Shown here: positions 28,262 through 42,514 of the stretch, piece by piece | How positions within the stretch are numbered: the stretch's first letter is position 1 | Layout of the letters: each line of letters begins with the position of its first letter | Source of the DNA: Phycisphaerae bacterium | GTDB lineage: Bacteria; Planctomycetota; Phycisphaerae; SM23-33 | DNA length: 64,000 nt | Direction: 5' to 3' | Assembly (NCBI GenBank): GCA_016782885.1 | Contig: JADHXQ010000007.1 | Location: forward strand, 2,313 to 66,312 | The notes under the pieces: generated by a model | Seen by the model: the letters and a program-made list of their open reading frames with translations, nothing else | Databases searched by the model: none | Told to the model about the DNA's origin: nothing | Translations under genes and position numbers: made by a program

Positions 28262-29418
28262 AAGCGTCAACCAACCGATCTGCTGCGTGCCTGGCGGCCC
28301 TTGGCGTCTGCCTGACCGTCTGCACACTTGCCGGGTGCGCCGAGCCGACGATGAGGGTCTACCTGGGAACCTACACGCGCACGGGGAGCAAGGGCATCTA
28401 CGTCTGCGAACTGAATCTGGCGAGCGGCGCCCTGACCGAACCGCGTCTGGCCGCGGCGACCGACAACCCGACATTCCTGGCGATACACCCGTCGGGGCGA
28501 TTCCTCTACGCTGCCGGTGGAGCCGCGAGAATCGATGGCAAGCCGACCGGCCTGGTGACCGCGTTTGCGATGGACAAGACCACCGGCAAGCTCACGCAGC
28601 TCAACCGGCAGTCGTCGGGCGGTAGAGGACCCTGCCACGTTGTCGTCGACGCCAAGGGACGCCATGCGCTGGCTGCGAATTATTCCAGCGGCTCGGTGGC
28701 GTCCCTGCCGATCGCCCCCGACGGTAAACTCCGTCCCGCCGCGAGCGTTATCCAGCATACCGGATCGAGCGTCAACAAGCGCCGCCAGGGCGGACCGCAC
28801 GCACATTCGATCAATCTCGACCGCGCCAACCGCTTTGCGGTCGCCGCCGATCTGGGCGCCGACAAGCTGTTCGTATACCAGTTCGCCCCGACCACCGGGA
28901 CGCTCAAACCACACGCCCCGCCCGCGGTAAAACTCGCCCCCGGCGCCGGGCCGCGACATTTCGCGTTCCATCCCAACGGGCAATTCGCCTACGTCATCAA
29001 CGAACTTGACTCGACGGTTACCGCGTTTGCCTTCGATGCAAAGAAAGGAACGCTGGCGAAACTCGACACCGTCTCGACCCTTCCGCCCGACTTCAAAGAC
29101 TCCAACTCCACCGCCGAGGTCCAGGTCCATCCGTCGGGGAAATTCCTCTACGGGTCAAACCGCGGGCACGACAGCCTGGCGATCTTCGCGATCGACAGCA
29201 AGTCGGGCAAGCTCACCCCGGTAGGCCACCAGCCCACCGGCGGGAGGACACCCAGGAATTTCGGTATCGATCCCACGGGGCGATTTATCCTGGCTGCCAA
29301 TCAGAACTCGAACAATGTCGTTGTCTTTCGAGTCGATCAGGCCACCGGACGCCTGAAGCCCACCGGCGGCAGCATTGCGGTATCGTCGCCGGTATGCGTA
29401 AAATTCCACGCTCAGTAA
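28258..29418 (+). CDS. Secreted 7-bladed beta-propeller lactonase (6-phosphogluconolactonase / 3-carboxymuconate cyclase family)
   Basis: ATG at 28258 overlaps the upstream stop (ATGA). Lipobox LTVCTLAGC. YLGTYT...GKGIYVCEL start and repeated lactonase-family blades (AIHPSGRFLYAAGG, HSINLDRANRFAVAADLGADKLFVYQF, VHPSGKFLYGSNRGHDSLAIFA). Confidence 0.75.
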   Translation: MKASTNRSAACLAALGVCLTVCTLAGCAEPTMRVYLGTYTRTGSKGIYVCELNLASGALTEPRLAAATDNPTFLAIHPSGRFLYAAGGAARIDGKPTGLVTAFAMDKTTGKLTQLNRQSSGGRGPCHVVVDAKGRHALAANYSSGSVASLPIAPDGKLRPAASVIQHTGSSVNKRRQGGPHAHSINLDRANRFAVAADLGADKLFVYQFAPTTGTLKPHAPPAVKLAPGAGPRHFAFHPNGQFAYVINELDSTVTAFAFDAKKGTLAKLDTVSTLPPDFKDSNSTAEVQVHPSGKFLYGSNRGHDSLAIFAIDSKSGKLTPVGHQPTGGRTPRNFGIDPTGRFILAANQNSNNVVVFRVDQATGRLKPTGGSIAVSSPVCVKFHAQ

Positions 29419-29472
29419 CCCCGAGGCTAATGTCACATATGGTTCACGGTTTGGCGTTTGAGGAGTAGTGAA

Positions 29473-30732
29473 ATGCGATTGTGTCTTGTCTTCCTGGCCG
29501 CGGTTACGCTCGCGCCGGCCGCCGCACCCGCCGCCCTTCCCGAGCGGCTCGCCATCACGCAGTATGGTATTACCTGGACGTTTTCCGCACCCATACAAGC
29601 CGGTCGATTCATCACCGGCGACTGGTGGGTCGTCGGGCCGGTTACGCTCAAGAGCATCACCCCCGCCCCATCCGCCGGGCGTCACGGGGCGGTAGTCAAC
29701 CCCCCCGCCGGAGCCAAACAGGGCTACGACGATCGCATCTCCGGATTCGACGCCTCGCTGCGGATCAAGTGCCCGCTGGCCCTCCGCCCGGGCGACTCGC
29801 TCGTCACCACCGCCAGCCTCCCCAAAATCGGCGTCAAAACGCCCGATACCGTCCGCGGGCAGTACTGTCGCGGACCGCTCCGCACCGCCGCCGTGCTTAC
29901 CTGCCTCAAACGCCCACCCCCCGCCGGCGCGTTCCGCCCGGGGTATGTCGGAAAGTGGAAGAAGCAGTTCACCGTCTCGCAGCTCAAACGCGACGCCCTG
30001 CCCCGCCTCAAAGCCCCCGATCCCAAAAACGTCCCTGACGCCAAACCGTACGAGCGATACCTCCGGCGTATCTGGCTGGACCACATGCGCCAGTGGTCCA
30101 ACCGGAAAATGCACCCGTTGGAAAACATGCCCGACTACGGCCGCGAGATCACCAACATCGTCTCGGACGTCGCCCTGCTGCTCTGCCTCGACGATTCCCA
30201 AAAGAAGCGCGAAACCCTCCTGCTCCAATTCGTCCAGAAGGGCATCGACTATTACGCAGCCGCCCTGTCCCATAACGATCTCTGGATCGCCAACGGAGGG
30301 CACAATTCCGGGCGAAAATGGCCAATTCTCTTCGCCGGCCTGATGCTCGACGATAAGGACATGATGAAGGTTAAAGCCACCTTCCAGGAAGACCAGCAGA
30401 CGTACTACGGCCCGCGTTTCGACCGCGGTAAGCAAGCGATCTGGACGATCGCCCCGGGCAATCCCAACAAGCATCACGAAGAAGCCGACCCCAAAAAATG
30501 GTCCACCTACGGCGACACACGCGGTAATAACGGCCTGAAAGCCGAGGCATACCGCAAACTCAACGGTCCGACGTGGGTCGGCCAGGCCCTGGCCGCCCGC
30601 CTGACCGGAATGAAAGACAAATGGTCCCACCCCGCATTCTTCGATTACGTGGACCGCTGGATAAAGGAAGACGGCGGCCCGAAGAAGGGTTTTGTAAGAA
30701 AAATGTGGGATCGATACCGGTCTAAGAACTAG
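29473..30732 (+). CDS. Secreted hypothetical protein
   Basis: AGGAG Shine-Dalgarno. Signal peptide MRLCLVFLAAVTLAPAAAPA. No family recognised. Confidence 0.6.
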   Translation: MRLCLVFLAAVTLAPAAAPAALPERLAITQYGITWTFSAPIQAGRFITGDWWVVGPVTLKSITPAPSAGRHGAVVNPPAGAKQGYDDRISGFDASLRIKCPLALRPGDSLVTTASLPKIGVKTPDTVRGQYCRGPLRTAAVLTCLKRPPPAGAFRPGYVGKWKKQFTVSQLKRDALPRLKAPDPKNVPDAKPYERYLRRIWLDHMRQWSNRKMHPLENMPDYGREITNIVSDVALLLCLDDSQKKRETLLLQFVQKGIDYYAAALSHNDLWIANGGHNSGRKWPILFAGLMLDDKDMMKVKATFQEDQQTYYGPRFDRGKQAIWTIAPGNPNKHHEEADPKKWSTYGDTRGNNGLKAEAYRKLNGPTWVGQALAARLTGMKDKWSHPAFFDYVDRWIKEDGGPKKGFVRKMWDRYRSKN

Positions 30733-30857
30733 AATCGTTGCCGATTCCAGAACCGCTATCAGCTATTAGCTATCAGCCGTCAGCAACAAACCCCGAACCC
30801 GACGGCGAGCTGCGACGGCGGACGGCGCCTCTGTGTGGAGGTGGCCGTAACAATACC

Positions 30858-32417
30858 CTACTTATCCCAATTGGCGTCGATGATCTCCTGGATCTTCGGA
30901 TACTTTTTGTCAGTCTCGTTGAGTTCCTCGCGCGTCTTTTTGAGTTCGACTTTCATGTCGGCGATGATCTTTCTGTACGCCGGGTTGGCGTACTGGTTTT
31001 TCATCTCGGAAGGATCCTTCTCCAGATCGTAGAACTCCCACGCAACCGGCGTGCGGCCGGTTCCTTGAAGGCCGCATCCATAGAAAAATATCAGCTTGTA
31101 ACGCTCGCCGCGAATACCGAAATGCGCCGGGACCTTCAGGTTGTGGGCCATGTGCATCCAGTAGCGGTAATAGGTGCTCGTGCGCCAGTCCTTTGGCTTC
31201 GGCTCGTTTTTCAAAGCGGGGAGGAAGGATCGCCCCTGCATGTAATCGGGCGTTTTGAGGCCGCCCAGGTCGAGGATCGTCGGAGCAAAATCGGTATTGT
31301 TGATAAGCCACGAGTTCGATGAGCCCGGCTTGACCATTTTCGGATAATGCACGATGAAGGGCATTCGCATCGCCTCTTCGTACATCCATCGCTTGTCGGT
31401 CAGGTCGTGTTCGCCGAGGAAGAACCCCTGGTCGCCGGTATACATGATGACCGTATTATCGAGTTCGCCGGTTTTCTTCAGGTAGTCGATCAGGCGTTTT
31501 ACGTTGTCGTCGACGCCTTTGACGCACCTGAGGTATCGTTTGAGAAACTTCTGGTAGACCGCCCGCCCGTATTCGGGCTCCTCCAGCTTCTTAGTGACCC
31601 CCAACCGGTTGCCCAGGCCCCAACTCGGATGGGCCCTGGTGACGCCGGCTCCGAATTTGCGGGTCGCTTCCGAGCCGAATCCTTCGGCGGGCTGGTTGTG
31701 GAGATTGTCCGGTTCGGGGATCGTCACATCTTTGAGATAGCTGTCGTAGCGTTTGGCGTTGCGGAACATGTCGTGCGGGGCTTTGAAGTGGTGCATCAGG
31801 AAGAACGGTTTGTTCTTGTCGCGCCCGTTTTTCAACCACTCAAGGCTGATGTCGGTCACGGCGTCGCTGGAGTGGAGTCCCTTTTGGGATATCGTGTTTT
31901 TACGCCAGGGTTTGTCGCCTCGCACGCGGAAGGTCGGATTGAAGTAGTCTCCCTGACCGGGCAGCACGCAGTAGTAATCGAACGCGCCGGGCTCCGCCGA
32001 CAGATGCCACTTGCCCACCATGGCGGTTTGGTATCCGGCGGTTTTCATTTCGATGGGCAGGTATTGCCGTTCCGGCGGGATCTGCCCGCCGAGTGTCAGG
32101 ATCCGGTTTGTCTGGGAGTATTGTCCGGTGATGATGCTGGCTCGGCTTGGCGTGCAGATCGAGTTGTTGCAGAACACGTTGTCGAACCTCATGCCGTTTT
32201 TCGCCAGTGCGTCGATATTTGGCGTGGGGTTGAGTTTCGCCAGGCGGCTTTGGTAAACGCCGATGGCCTGGGAGGTGTGATCGTCAGCCATGATGAACAG
32301 GACATTCGGTTTGGACGGTTTCGGGGTCTCGGCTCCTGCAAATCGGCTGCAAGCCAGTGCGCACGCCCCAGCCGACAGTGTTTTCAGGAACGTTCGTCGC
32401 GAAGAGTGGTTCGCCAT
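30858..32417 (-). CDS. Sulfatase (formylglycine-dependent, Cys-type), TAT-exported
   Basis: CTPSRASIITGQY (C-x-P-S-R) motif, LFIMADDH, GKWHL, and a TAT-like SSRRTFLKTLSAGA signal. The listed 32435 start is TTG; ATG at 32417 is preferred. Confidence 0.9.
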   Translation of the reverse strand: MANHSSRRTFLKTLSAGACALACSRFAGAETPKPSKPNVLFIMADDHTSQAIGVYQSRLAKLNPTPNIDALAKNGMRFDNVFCNNSICTPSRASIITGQYSQTNRILTLGGQIPPERQYLPIEMKTAGYQTAMVGKWHLSAEPGAFDYYCVLPGQGDYFNPTFRVRGDKPWRKNTISQKGLHSSDAVTDISLEWLKNGRDKNKPFFLMHHFKAPHDMFRNAKRYDSYLKDVTIPEPDNLHNQPAEGFGSEATRKFGAGVTRAHPSWGLGNRLGVTKKLEEPEYGRAVYQKFLKRYLRCVKGVDDNVKRLIDYLKKTGELDNTVIMYTGDQGFFLGEHDLTDKRWMYEEAMRMPFIVHYPKMVKPGSSNSWLINNTDFAPTILDLGGLKTPDYMQGRSFLPALKNEPKPKDWRTSTYYRYWMHMAHNLKVPAHFGIRGERYKLIFFYGCGLQGTGRTPVAWEFYDLEKDPSEMKNQYANPAYRKIIADMKVELKKTREELNETDKKYPKIQEIIDANWDK

Positions 32418-32480
32418 GTTTTCTCTGCTACTCAAGGGTGTTTGGCCTGTTTGTTGCCTTGACCGGTCCTTATGGGTTTT

Positions 32481-33245
32481 CTAGAGGCGTTTCTTGCCGG
32501 TCTTCTCTCCTATTTTCGCAGCCGCGTACACCTTTCTCTGCTGGGGGGTGAGAATCCGCGTGTAGACGTATTTCTTGATGGGTCCGGTAACCTGCGCCGG
32601 GACATCGGCGCCGAGGGGAACGGCAAGGCGTTTGGCCTGGACGCTAACTGCCGACTCAATTTTGGCGATCTGCTCTTTGCTCGGTTCCAGCGACGAGAAT
32701 TCATCCAGGATGATCTGTGAAAGAATCGGAGCATTCCACTTGCCCCGCTGGTCGGGGGTCAGCATCCCAAAGAATTTTCGCTCGTGGGAAGTTACAAAGT
32801 TCGCCCGGGCCTTGGACAGGGACTGCAATTGGATGACAATTGCCTTGCAGGCTCTCATGTCCCTGCGTGACGAGAGCTTCTCAAGCCGCGCCTTCATGAT
32901 GTCAAACTTTTTTCGGTTGACCTTATCCCAGTTTGCCAGACCTTTGTCCCGGAGCGCCCGCATTGCGGGGATTTTCGTCTTCTGCTGGTCGGTGAGAGTA
33001 ACCTGCTTGTCCAGTTTCTCCATGTCGTCAGTCAGCGATTCGTCCGTTTTGGGCAGTTCAATCTCCAGACCGACGTCCCGCAATTTCTGGAAATCCCGTT
33101 CGGCAAGTTCCTTCTTGTCCAGGTCCTTGTCCCTCTTGACGCTCTCCGTTTTCTTCCTGGTTGTCTTCTTTACTGCACCCTCGGCCAGCGATGCAAAGGC
33201 TAACGAGGCGACCATACCGGTAATAAGCCACAATTTCATTTTCAT
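32481..33245 (-). CDS. Secreted Lys-rich hypothetical protein
   Basis: ATG at 33245 gives signal peptide MKMKLWLITGMVASLAFASLAEG. Coiled-coil-like charged sequence. The upstream extension to 33410 is unlikely to be coding. Confidence 0.55.
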   Translation of the reverse strand: MKMKLWLITGMVASLAFASLAEGAVKKTTRKKTESVKRDKDLDKKELAERDFQKLRDVGLEIELPKTDESLTDDMEKLDKQVTLTDQQKTKIPAMRALRDKGLANWDKVNRKKFDIMKARLEKLSSRRDMRACKAIVIQLQSLSKARANFVTSHERKFFGMLTPDQRGKWNAPILSQIILDEFSSLEPSKEQIAKIESAVSVQAKRLAVPLGADVPAQVTGPIKKYVYTRILTPQQRKVYAAAKIGEKTGKKRL

Positions 33246-33564
33246 GGCGGATCTCACATCGAGGCGATTATAAACTGCTCCGCCGCCCACCTCGCGGGGC
33301 GACAGGGCTGACCGAAAATCGGCGTTTCGGGAATATCTCATAATCTCTTTTCGGCGGACGCCGCAGGCCGCCTTATCCTGAGATAATCCGCCGCTGTCAG
33401 CGCGCCACACAGATAAAGGGCGTCATAACCGCCATTATCAGCACAATCATCGCCAAGATCAAGAACAGGTTCCGAGGCGAGTTTATTGCACGGTCTTGGG
33501 CATTCGCTTTGTTTGGGTTATCTTGATTGGCTCGAGAGGCCCTTCCATACCGCCGGACCCTTGA

Positions 33565-33804
33565 CTACACGCTTTGATGCTTGAGATGACACGCCGCGGC
33601 CTTGAAAGGATCGCCAGGCCCGTTGTACGCCCAGGCCCAACCGGTGGTCGGGGCCACCCAGACATTCATTCCCAGGCCGGCCGCTTCCTCGATGCAGCCG
33701 GAGACGTTCTTCACCCACACATCACTGCCAAGCTTCACGGTCGGACCGTTCACGGCGCTGTAGATCCCGAGAATCTCGACGTCCGTGATACTCTGGGCTT
33801 TCAT
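33565..33804 (-). CDS. Possible small ORF or gene remnant (79 aa) in a ~600 bp gap
   Basis: GC3-rich, protein-like composition, but no good Shine-Dalgarno. It may be a remnant of a larger gene. Confidence 0.2.
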   Translation of the reverse strand: MKAQSITDVEILGIYSAVNGPTVKLGSDVWVKNVSGCIEEAAGLGMNVWVAPTTGWAWAYNGPGDPFKAAACHLKHQSV

Positions 33805-33858
33805 GAGGCGCAGTTGCTCGCGTATTTCCTTTCGTGAGCATGGTTCCTTCCCCCCGGT

Positions 33859-37635
<3,777 letters not shown>

Positions 37636-37789
37636 TTATACAGGATTTGTAACGCGCGACCCGACCCGATGCAATCCGCCAACCGCCGAATTGTTTTTTA
37701 CCGGCGTTTTTCATTGCGGTCGGAGATTCGCATTGGTAGTTTTAATCGCTAAACAACAGAAGTTTTAGAGGTACTGAAAGGATAGACCT

Positions 37790-39343
37790 ATGGATTTAAC
37801 CGTACTTGACATCAGTGTCTTCGTTATATTTTTCGCCATCGTTCTTGGCGTCAGCATGTTCAAGAGCCGAAAAGAAAAAACCGGGGAGGATTTTTTCCTG
37901 GCAAGCCGCAACCTCATCTGGCCTATGATCGGCTTGTCTCTGATAGCAGCCAACATCTCCACCGAACACTTCGTCGGTATGGCCGGCCAGGGCGCCGGTT
38001 CGGCAGGTATGGCCATTGCCAGCTATGAGTGGATTGCGGCTATCACTCTGGTCATTGTGGCATTCATCTTTCTCCCCATGTTCCTTCGCAGCGGTATCTA
38101 TACGATACCCGAATACCTTGAATATCGTTACAACGCCACGGCAAGGAACATCATGGCGCTGTACATGATGGTCATCTACATAGGCGTGACCATCTCGGCG
38201 GTTTTATACAGCGGAGGTTTGACCTTACAAACGCTGTTCGGCGATCTGGAAAATTCCAGCCACCTCGTTTATGGCGTCATACTGATTGGCGCCATCGCCG
38301 GTTTATACACCACTTGGGGCGGTCTGAAAGCCGTTGCATGGGCGGACCTGTTCCTTGGCTCAGCCTTGATTATCGGCGGCGCGATAACACTGTTCATAGG
38401 CTTCAGGGAAATAGGTGTTAAGACATTTTTTGAGTCCAATGCCGACAAGATGCATATGATACTGCCCAGCGATCATCCGGTCCTTCCATGGACAGCCCTG
38501 GTGCTTGGCTTGTGGATACCCAACTTTTATTACTGGGGCCTTAACCAGTACATAACCCAAAGGACACTGGCCGCCAAGACCCTGAGGCAGGGACAGTTGG
38601 GCGTCATCTTCGCCGCCGGTCTGAAGCTAATCATCCCGTTTGTCATAATACTTCCGGGCATTATGGCCTATCATCTGTATAAAGACCAGTTGACCGGTGA
38701 GAGCGGTACGGATGCGGCGTATCCGCTGCTCATCAAGAACATGGTGGGCCCGGGCGTGAGAGCGTTTATATTCGCGGCTATTTCAGGGGCGGTTATAAGC
38801 TCATTGGCTTCGATGCTCAATTCCGCTTCGACGATATTTACGATGGACTTCTACAAGAGGCTCATTAACAAGAATGCCTCACAAAAGTCCATTGTCTGGA
38901 CAGGCAGGATCAGCACCCTTGTCTTTGTGGTTGTCGGCTGTTTCATCGCCCCTTATCTGGGCGATCCCAGGTTCAAGGGCATCTTTAATTACATACAGGA
39001 GTTCCAGGGATATGTCTCTCCGGGCATCCTTGCGGTATTTGTTTTTGGTATGATATTCAAGAGAACCCCCGCCCTGGCGGGCATAGTCGGCCTGATAGCG
39101 ACCGTACCGATATACGGTTTCCTGCATTGGCAGTTTGGTGAAATGGCATTCCTTAACAGGATGGCGATCACTTTTGGCGCCGATCTGGTGTTGATGTTCG
39201 TGATACTGCTTGCCAAGCCCCTGGCTGAACCCAGAAAGATGCCTGTAAGGGAAGACTTCGATATGAAGCCGACACCCGCGGTGCTCTGGCTTGGTCTGGC
39301 TGTAATAGCCGCAACGATCGTTCTCTACATTATATTCTGGTAA
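37790..39343 (+). CDS. Sodium:solute symporter (SSF family, SglT-like)
   Basis: EDFFLASRNL, multiple TM helices, the GGLKAVAWADL motif. Divergent from the GH2 gene. Confidence 0.9.
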   Translation: MDLTVLDISVFVIFFAIVLGVSMFKSRKEKTGEDFFLASRNLIWPMIGLSLIAANISTEHFVGMAGQGAGSAGMAIASYEWIAAITLVIVAFIFLPMFLRSGIYTIPEYLEYRYNATARNIMALYMMVIYIGVTISAVLYSGGLTLQTLFGDLENSSHLVYGVILIGAIAGLYTTWGGLKAVAWADLFLGSALIIGGAITLFIGFREIGVKTFFESNADKMHMILPSDHPVLPWTALVLGLWIPNFYYWGLNQYITQRTLAAKTLRQGQLGVIFAAGLKLIIPFVIILPGIMAYHLYKDQLTGESGTDAAYPLLIKNMVGPGVRAFIFAAISGAVISSLASMLNSASTIFTMDFYKRLINKNASQKSIVWTGRISTLVFVVVGCFIAPYLGDPRFKGIFNYIQEFQGYVSPGILAVFVFGMIFKRTPALAGIVGLIATVPIYGFLHWQFGEMAFLNRMAITFGADLVLMFVILLAKPLAEPRKMPVREDFDMKPTPAVLWLGLAVIAATIVLYIIFW

Positions 39344-39394
39344 GAGAAGATCGTTTTTCGATCTTCGCGGATTTGCGAACTTGTCAGTTCTGAA

Positions 39395-41149
39395 ATGACT
39401 GCTATCAGGCATGCGGGAATTGTCGCCGGATGCATACTGCTGCTCGCTGCTCCGCTGCGCGCGGACGAACAGGCGCTCAACCACCATCTCGTGCGCTCGG
39501 CGAAACTGGAAAGCGGGCAGGGCGAAGACAATATCGTCCCTCTGATGCCCTGGCGCAAGACAGATGACACTATCGAGGGATGGGACTGGTCGCTGCCTCC
39601 GGGCGTTAAACCGATTCCCAGCTCGGGGCTTATCTTCGGCCGCGAAAAACGAACGTTTCCGGGCAACAAGCTTGGCGACATATCCGTATTCTGGCGCGAC
39701 GTCGAACCGGAGGAAGGACAATACGACTTCTCGTCGGTCAGGAAAAAACTCGCATCCCTGCCCAAAGACGTCATCGGCTGCAGGTTCCACTTCTACGCGA
39801 CGGTGGCCTATCGCGTTCGCAACGGGCAAAAGCAACTCCTCGGGCCAAAGTGGATGCAAAAGTACGCCAGGCAGATACCGCTGATCGACATGACCAGCGT
39901 CGAGGGGCGATTCCAACTCTTCAACTACGCGATATGGAAAGGGGAATATCACCGGCGATACCTGCGCGCGATCGAGGCCTTCGGTCGCAGCGGTATTCCC
40001 AAAAACAAGGCCCTGCGTATCGTGTACGTCGGTGCGATCTCGAAGAGCTGGGGCGAGGAGATGTACATCCCACGCACCGTTGGCCTGTGGTGCGAGAAGA
40101 ACGCCGGTCTGACCCCCCAGCGTTTGGAGAAGTGCCTGACAGAACGTCTGGACGCCTGGGGCAAAGCGTTCAAAGGCCGCGAAGGCATCCTGGCGTGGGT
40201 TGGTGCGGGCAATTCGGGCGTCTCGGGCAAAGGCGACTTTTCCCAGGTGGGCCGCCGCGTGATTAAGCATGCCTACGATCTGGGCATGGGGCAGCGATGC
40301 GGATTCGTCGAGAACTACCTCTACCATCTCCACAACCCCGCGATAGGCCAGAGCACCGACGCCCGGGGATACCTGCACGTGGATGAAACCTGCCCGCCAA
40401 TCGCCCAGGGACGCGCCTTCGGAGACGAGAACGAGGAGTACGGAAAGTACTGGGTCGGGCGATTCGGACCGCTGAGCACCCACGCCTATCGCTACCACGA
40501 ATCGATGATCCGCACGCTGCAGATGAGGCGGAACTACCTGTGGATGTCGGGCAGTTCGGTGGACATGGACCCGCCCCTGACGGCGTACATGTCCCTGGCG
40601 CTCGGACGCAAGGCGACCGATTCGCCCGACGCCTTCTGCTACCTGCGACAGAGCATCGTGCGCGGATCGGCCGCGGGAAAGAAGAGCAAGGAGTTCGCCA
40701 TCAAAAACTTCGAACGCTGGCTGATTCAGCGAGATCGGGACGGGTATCGCACGAAAGCCGCGGTCAAGGTTCCCCAGCACAAATCGATGTGGATGGTCCC
40801 GAAAAACTACAAGTTCGACTACATCGCCCGCCGCACCGATCTGGCGAGCAATAACTCTAAGATCGGATTCGCCCTGGACGACCGCTTCCTTAGCGGCGGG
40901 GCGCACTCGGTGGCGATCAAGGTGACATATCACGACATCGGCAGCGGCAAATGGACGCTGGTCTACACGAAGCACGGCGGCGCCACCGCCCGGCGCACCA
41001 TCCAGTGCAAGAACACAAAGAAAGCCCTCACCGCCACATTCCACCTCACCGACGCATCCTTCGGCGCCAAGGGCGACGCGCTCGATTTCCACATCCAAGC
41101 CGCCGGCGAGGATGCGACAATCTCATTCGTCCGCGTGATAAAGACCTAA
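39395..41149 (+). CDS. Secreted hypothetical protein (possible glycoside hydrolase). Its C-terminal ~190 aa domain is duplicated downstream.
   Basis: Signal peptide MTAIRHAGIVAGCILLLAAPLRA. The C-terminal region is 80-85% identical to ORF 42513..43124. Confidence 0.65.
   Translation: MTAIRHAGIVAGCILLLAAPLRADEQALNHHLVRSAKLESGQGEDNIVPLMPWRKTDDTIEGWDWSLPPGVKPIPSSGLIFGREKRTFPGNKLGDISVFWRDVEPEEGQYDFSSVRKKLASLPKDVIGCRFHFYATVAYRVRNGQKQLLGPKWMQKYARQIPLIDMTSVEGRFQLFNYAIWKGEYHRRYLRAIEAFGRSGIPKNKALRIVYVGAISKSWGEEMYIPRTVGLWCEKNAGLTPQRLEKCLTERLDAWGKAFKGREGILAWVGAGNSGVSGKGDFSQVGRRVIKHAYDLGMGQRCGFVENYLYHLHNPAIGQSTDARGYLHVDETCPPIAQGRAFGDENEEYGKYWVGRFGPLSTHAYRYHESMIRTLQMRRNYLWMSGSSVDMDPPLTAYMSLALGRKATDSPDAFCYLRQSIVRGSAAGKKSKEFAIKNFERWLIQRDRDGYRTKAAVKVPQHKSMWMVPKNYKFDYIARRTDLASNNSKIGFALDDRFLSGGAHSVAIKVTYHDIGSGKWTLVYTKHGGATARRTIQCKNTKKALTATFHLTDASFGAKGDALDFHIQAAGEDATISFVRVIKT
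40578..41146. repeat. Copy 1 of a ~570 bp segmental duplication (3' end of the 39395 gene)
   Basis: ~85% nucleotide identity to 42515-43082 (gacggcgtacatgtccctggcg... versus gacggcctacatgtccctggcg...). Confidence 0.7.
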
Positions 41150-41243
41150 CTCCCTGCTAATCGCTCAAGAATTGGCTTGACTCCCACCCTGCCCGATGCC
41201 GACAATATGAATATCTAATATTCAATTCACATGGACCACCGCG

Positions 41244-42449
41244 ATGATTATACGAAGACATCTTGAGCGACGCCTCCTCAAGGCAGTCAAAGATTTTCCT
41301 GTCGTCACCATTACCGGACCCCGGCAGTCGGGCAAGACAACGCTCGCTCAAATGGCTCTCCCACGACACGAGTATGTAAGCCTTGAGGATCCGGATGAGC
41401 GAAGGATGGCGTTGGAGGACCCGCGCGGTTTCCTGGAGCGATTCTCCGGCAAGGTGATCATCGACGAGGCACAGCGCGCGCCCGATCTGTTCTCGTATAT
41501 CCAGGGCATTGTCGACAGGACCGGGCGCCAGGGACAGTTCGTCCTGACTGGTTCGCAGAATTTTCTGTTGCTTCGGCAGATCAGCCAGTCTCTTGCGGGA
41601 CGATGCGCCATTCTGCACCTGTTGCCTTTCTCGCGTTCGGAGTTAGCCCGCGAAGATCTGTTCCCGGTCGAGGAGATCGCCAAGGGCTCCGGCCGGACTT
41701 TCGTCGGCAAAGATAACAATCTATTCGACATGCTGTTCACCGGGAGCTATCCGCGGATTCACGATAAGGGGCTTGCTCCCCACGACTGGTTATCGGGCTA
41801 CTATCAGACCTACGTCGAGAGAGATGTGCGTGAAGTGCTCAATGTCGGCGACCTGGAAACCTTCGGCCGCTTCATGGGCCTGTGCGCCGGGCGGGCGGGG
41901 GCGCTGCTGAACCTCTCATCCCTGGCGAACGATTGCGGTATCACACATACCACGGCCCGGCGGTGGTTGAGCGTCCTGGAGACAAGCTTCATCATCAGAC
42001 TGTTGCGTCCTCACCACAAGAATTTCAACAAGCGATTGGTCAAGTCGCCAAAACTGTACTTCCTGGATAGCGGGCTGCTGTGCTATCTGCTGCGCATCCG
42101 CTCGGCCGAAGATTTGGCGTTGCATGCTTCGCGGGGCGCTATTTTTGAATCGTGGGTAGTGTCGGAGACGATCAAGAATTTCACCCATCGCGGTCTTCGT
42201 TCAGACGTATATTTTTGGCGCGACTCAGCCGGACACGAGATCGATTTGCTCATCGACACCGGCGGCGACAACCTGCTTCCGATCGAAATCAAATCGGGCC
42301 AGACGTTCAATCCTGATTTCGCCAAAGAGTTGAACTGGTGGCGGGCAACCAGCGGCAGTGGCGAGCGATCCGGCGTCGTCGTCTACGGCGGCGAGAAGTC
42401 ATTCAATTACAAGAACATCCATGCTCTCTCCTGGCGAGCGTGGGGATAG
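41244..42449 (+). CDS. AAA+ ATPase with DUF4143 (COG1373-like ATP-binding protein)
   Basis: Walker A GPRQSGKTT. Typical AAA_14/DUF4143 architecture (IIDEAQRAPDLFSYIQG...; a C-terminal region often described as restriction-endonuclease-like). Sits between the two copies of the duplicated segment. Confidence 0.8.
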   Translation: MIIRRHLERRLLKAVKDFPVVTITGPRQSGKTTLAQMALPRHEYVSLEDPDERRMALEDPRGFLERFSGKVIIDEAQRAPDLFSYIQGIVDRTGRQGQFVLTGSQNFLLLRQISQSLAGRCAILHLLPFSRSELAREDLFPVEEIAKGSGRTFVGKDNNLFDMLFTGSYPRIHDKGLAPHDWLSGYYQTYVERDVREVLNVGDLETFGRFMGLCAGRAGALLNLSSLANDCGITHTTARRWLSVLETSFIIRLLRPHHKNFNKRLVKSPKLYFLDSGLLCYLLRIRSAEDLALHASRGAIFESWVVSETIKNFTHRGLRSDVYFWRDSAGHEIDLLIDTGGDNLLPIEIKSGQTFNPDFAKELNWWRATSGSGERSGVVVYGGEKSFNYKNIHALSWRAWG

Positions 42450-42514
42450 ATAGCGATCCCTCCCGAAAATTCCGTCAGCGTATGGTGAAACTATAAAGCA
42501 GGTCACCCGGACTT

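Noticed and set aside
31347-32462. A 371-aa plus-strand ORF, and likewise 35887..37092 +, 48059..49414 +, 50134..51057 +, 51974..53128 +, 57005..57880 +, 13534..14352 -, 20736..22256 + and 6639..7868 -
   Set aside because: Each lies antisense within a confidently assigned gene (sulfatase, GH2, lyase-like, PQQ, FG-GAP, AKR, gltB, GH, PPC protein) and lacks motifs.
38879-41098. A 739-aa minus-strand ORF, plus a 209-aa one at 42399..43028
   Set aside because: Both are antisense to the well-supported secreted-protein gene and to its duplicated fragment. They have no domains, and the sense-strand genes have signal peptides and ribosome-binding sites.
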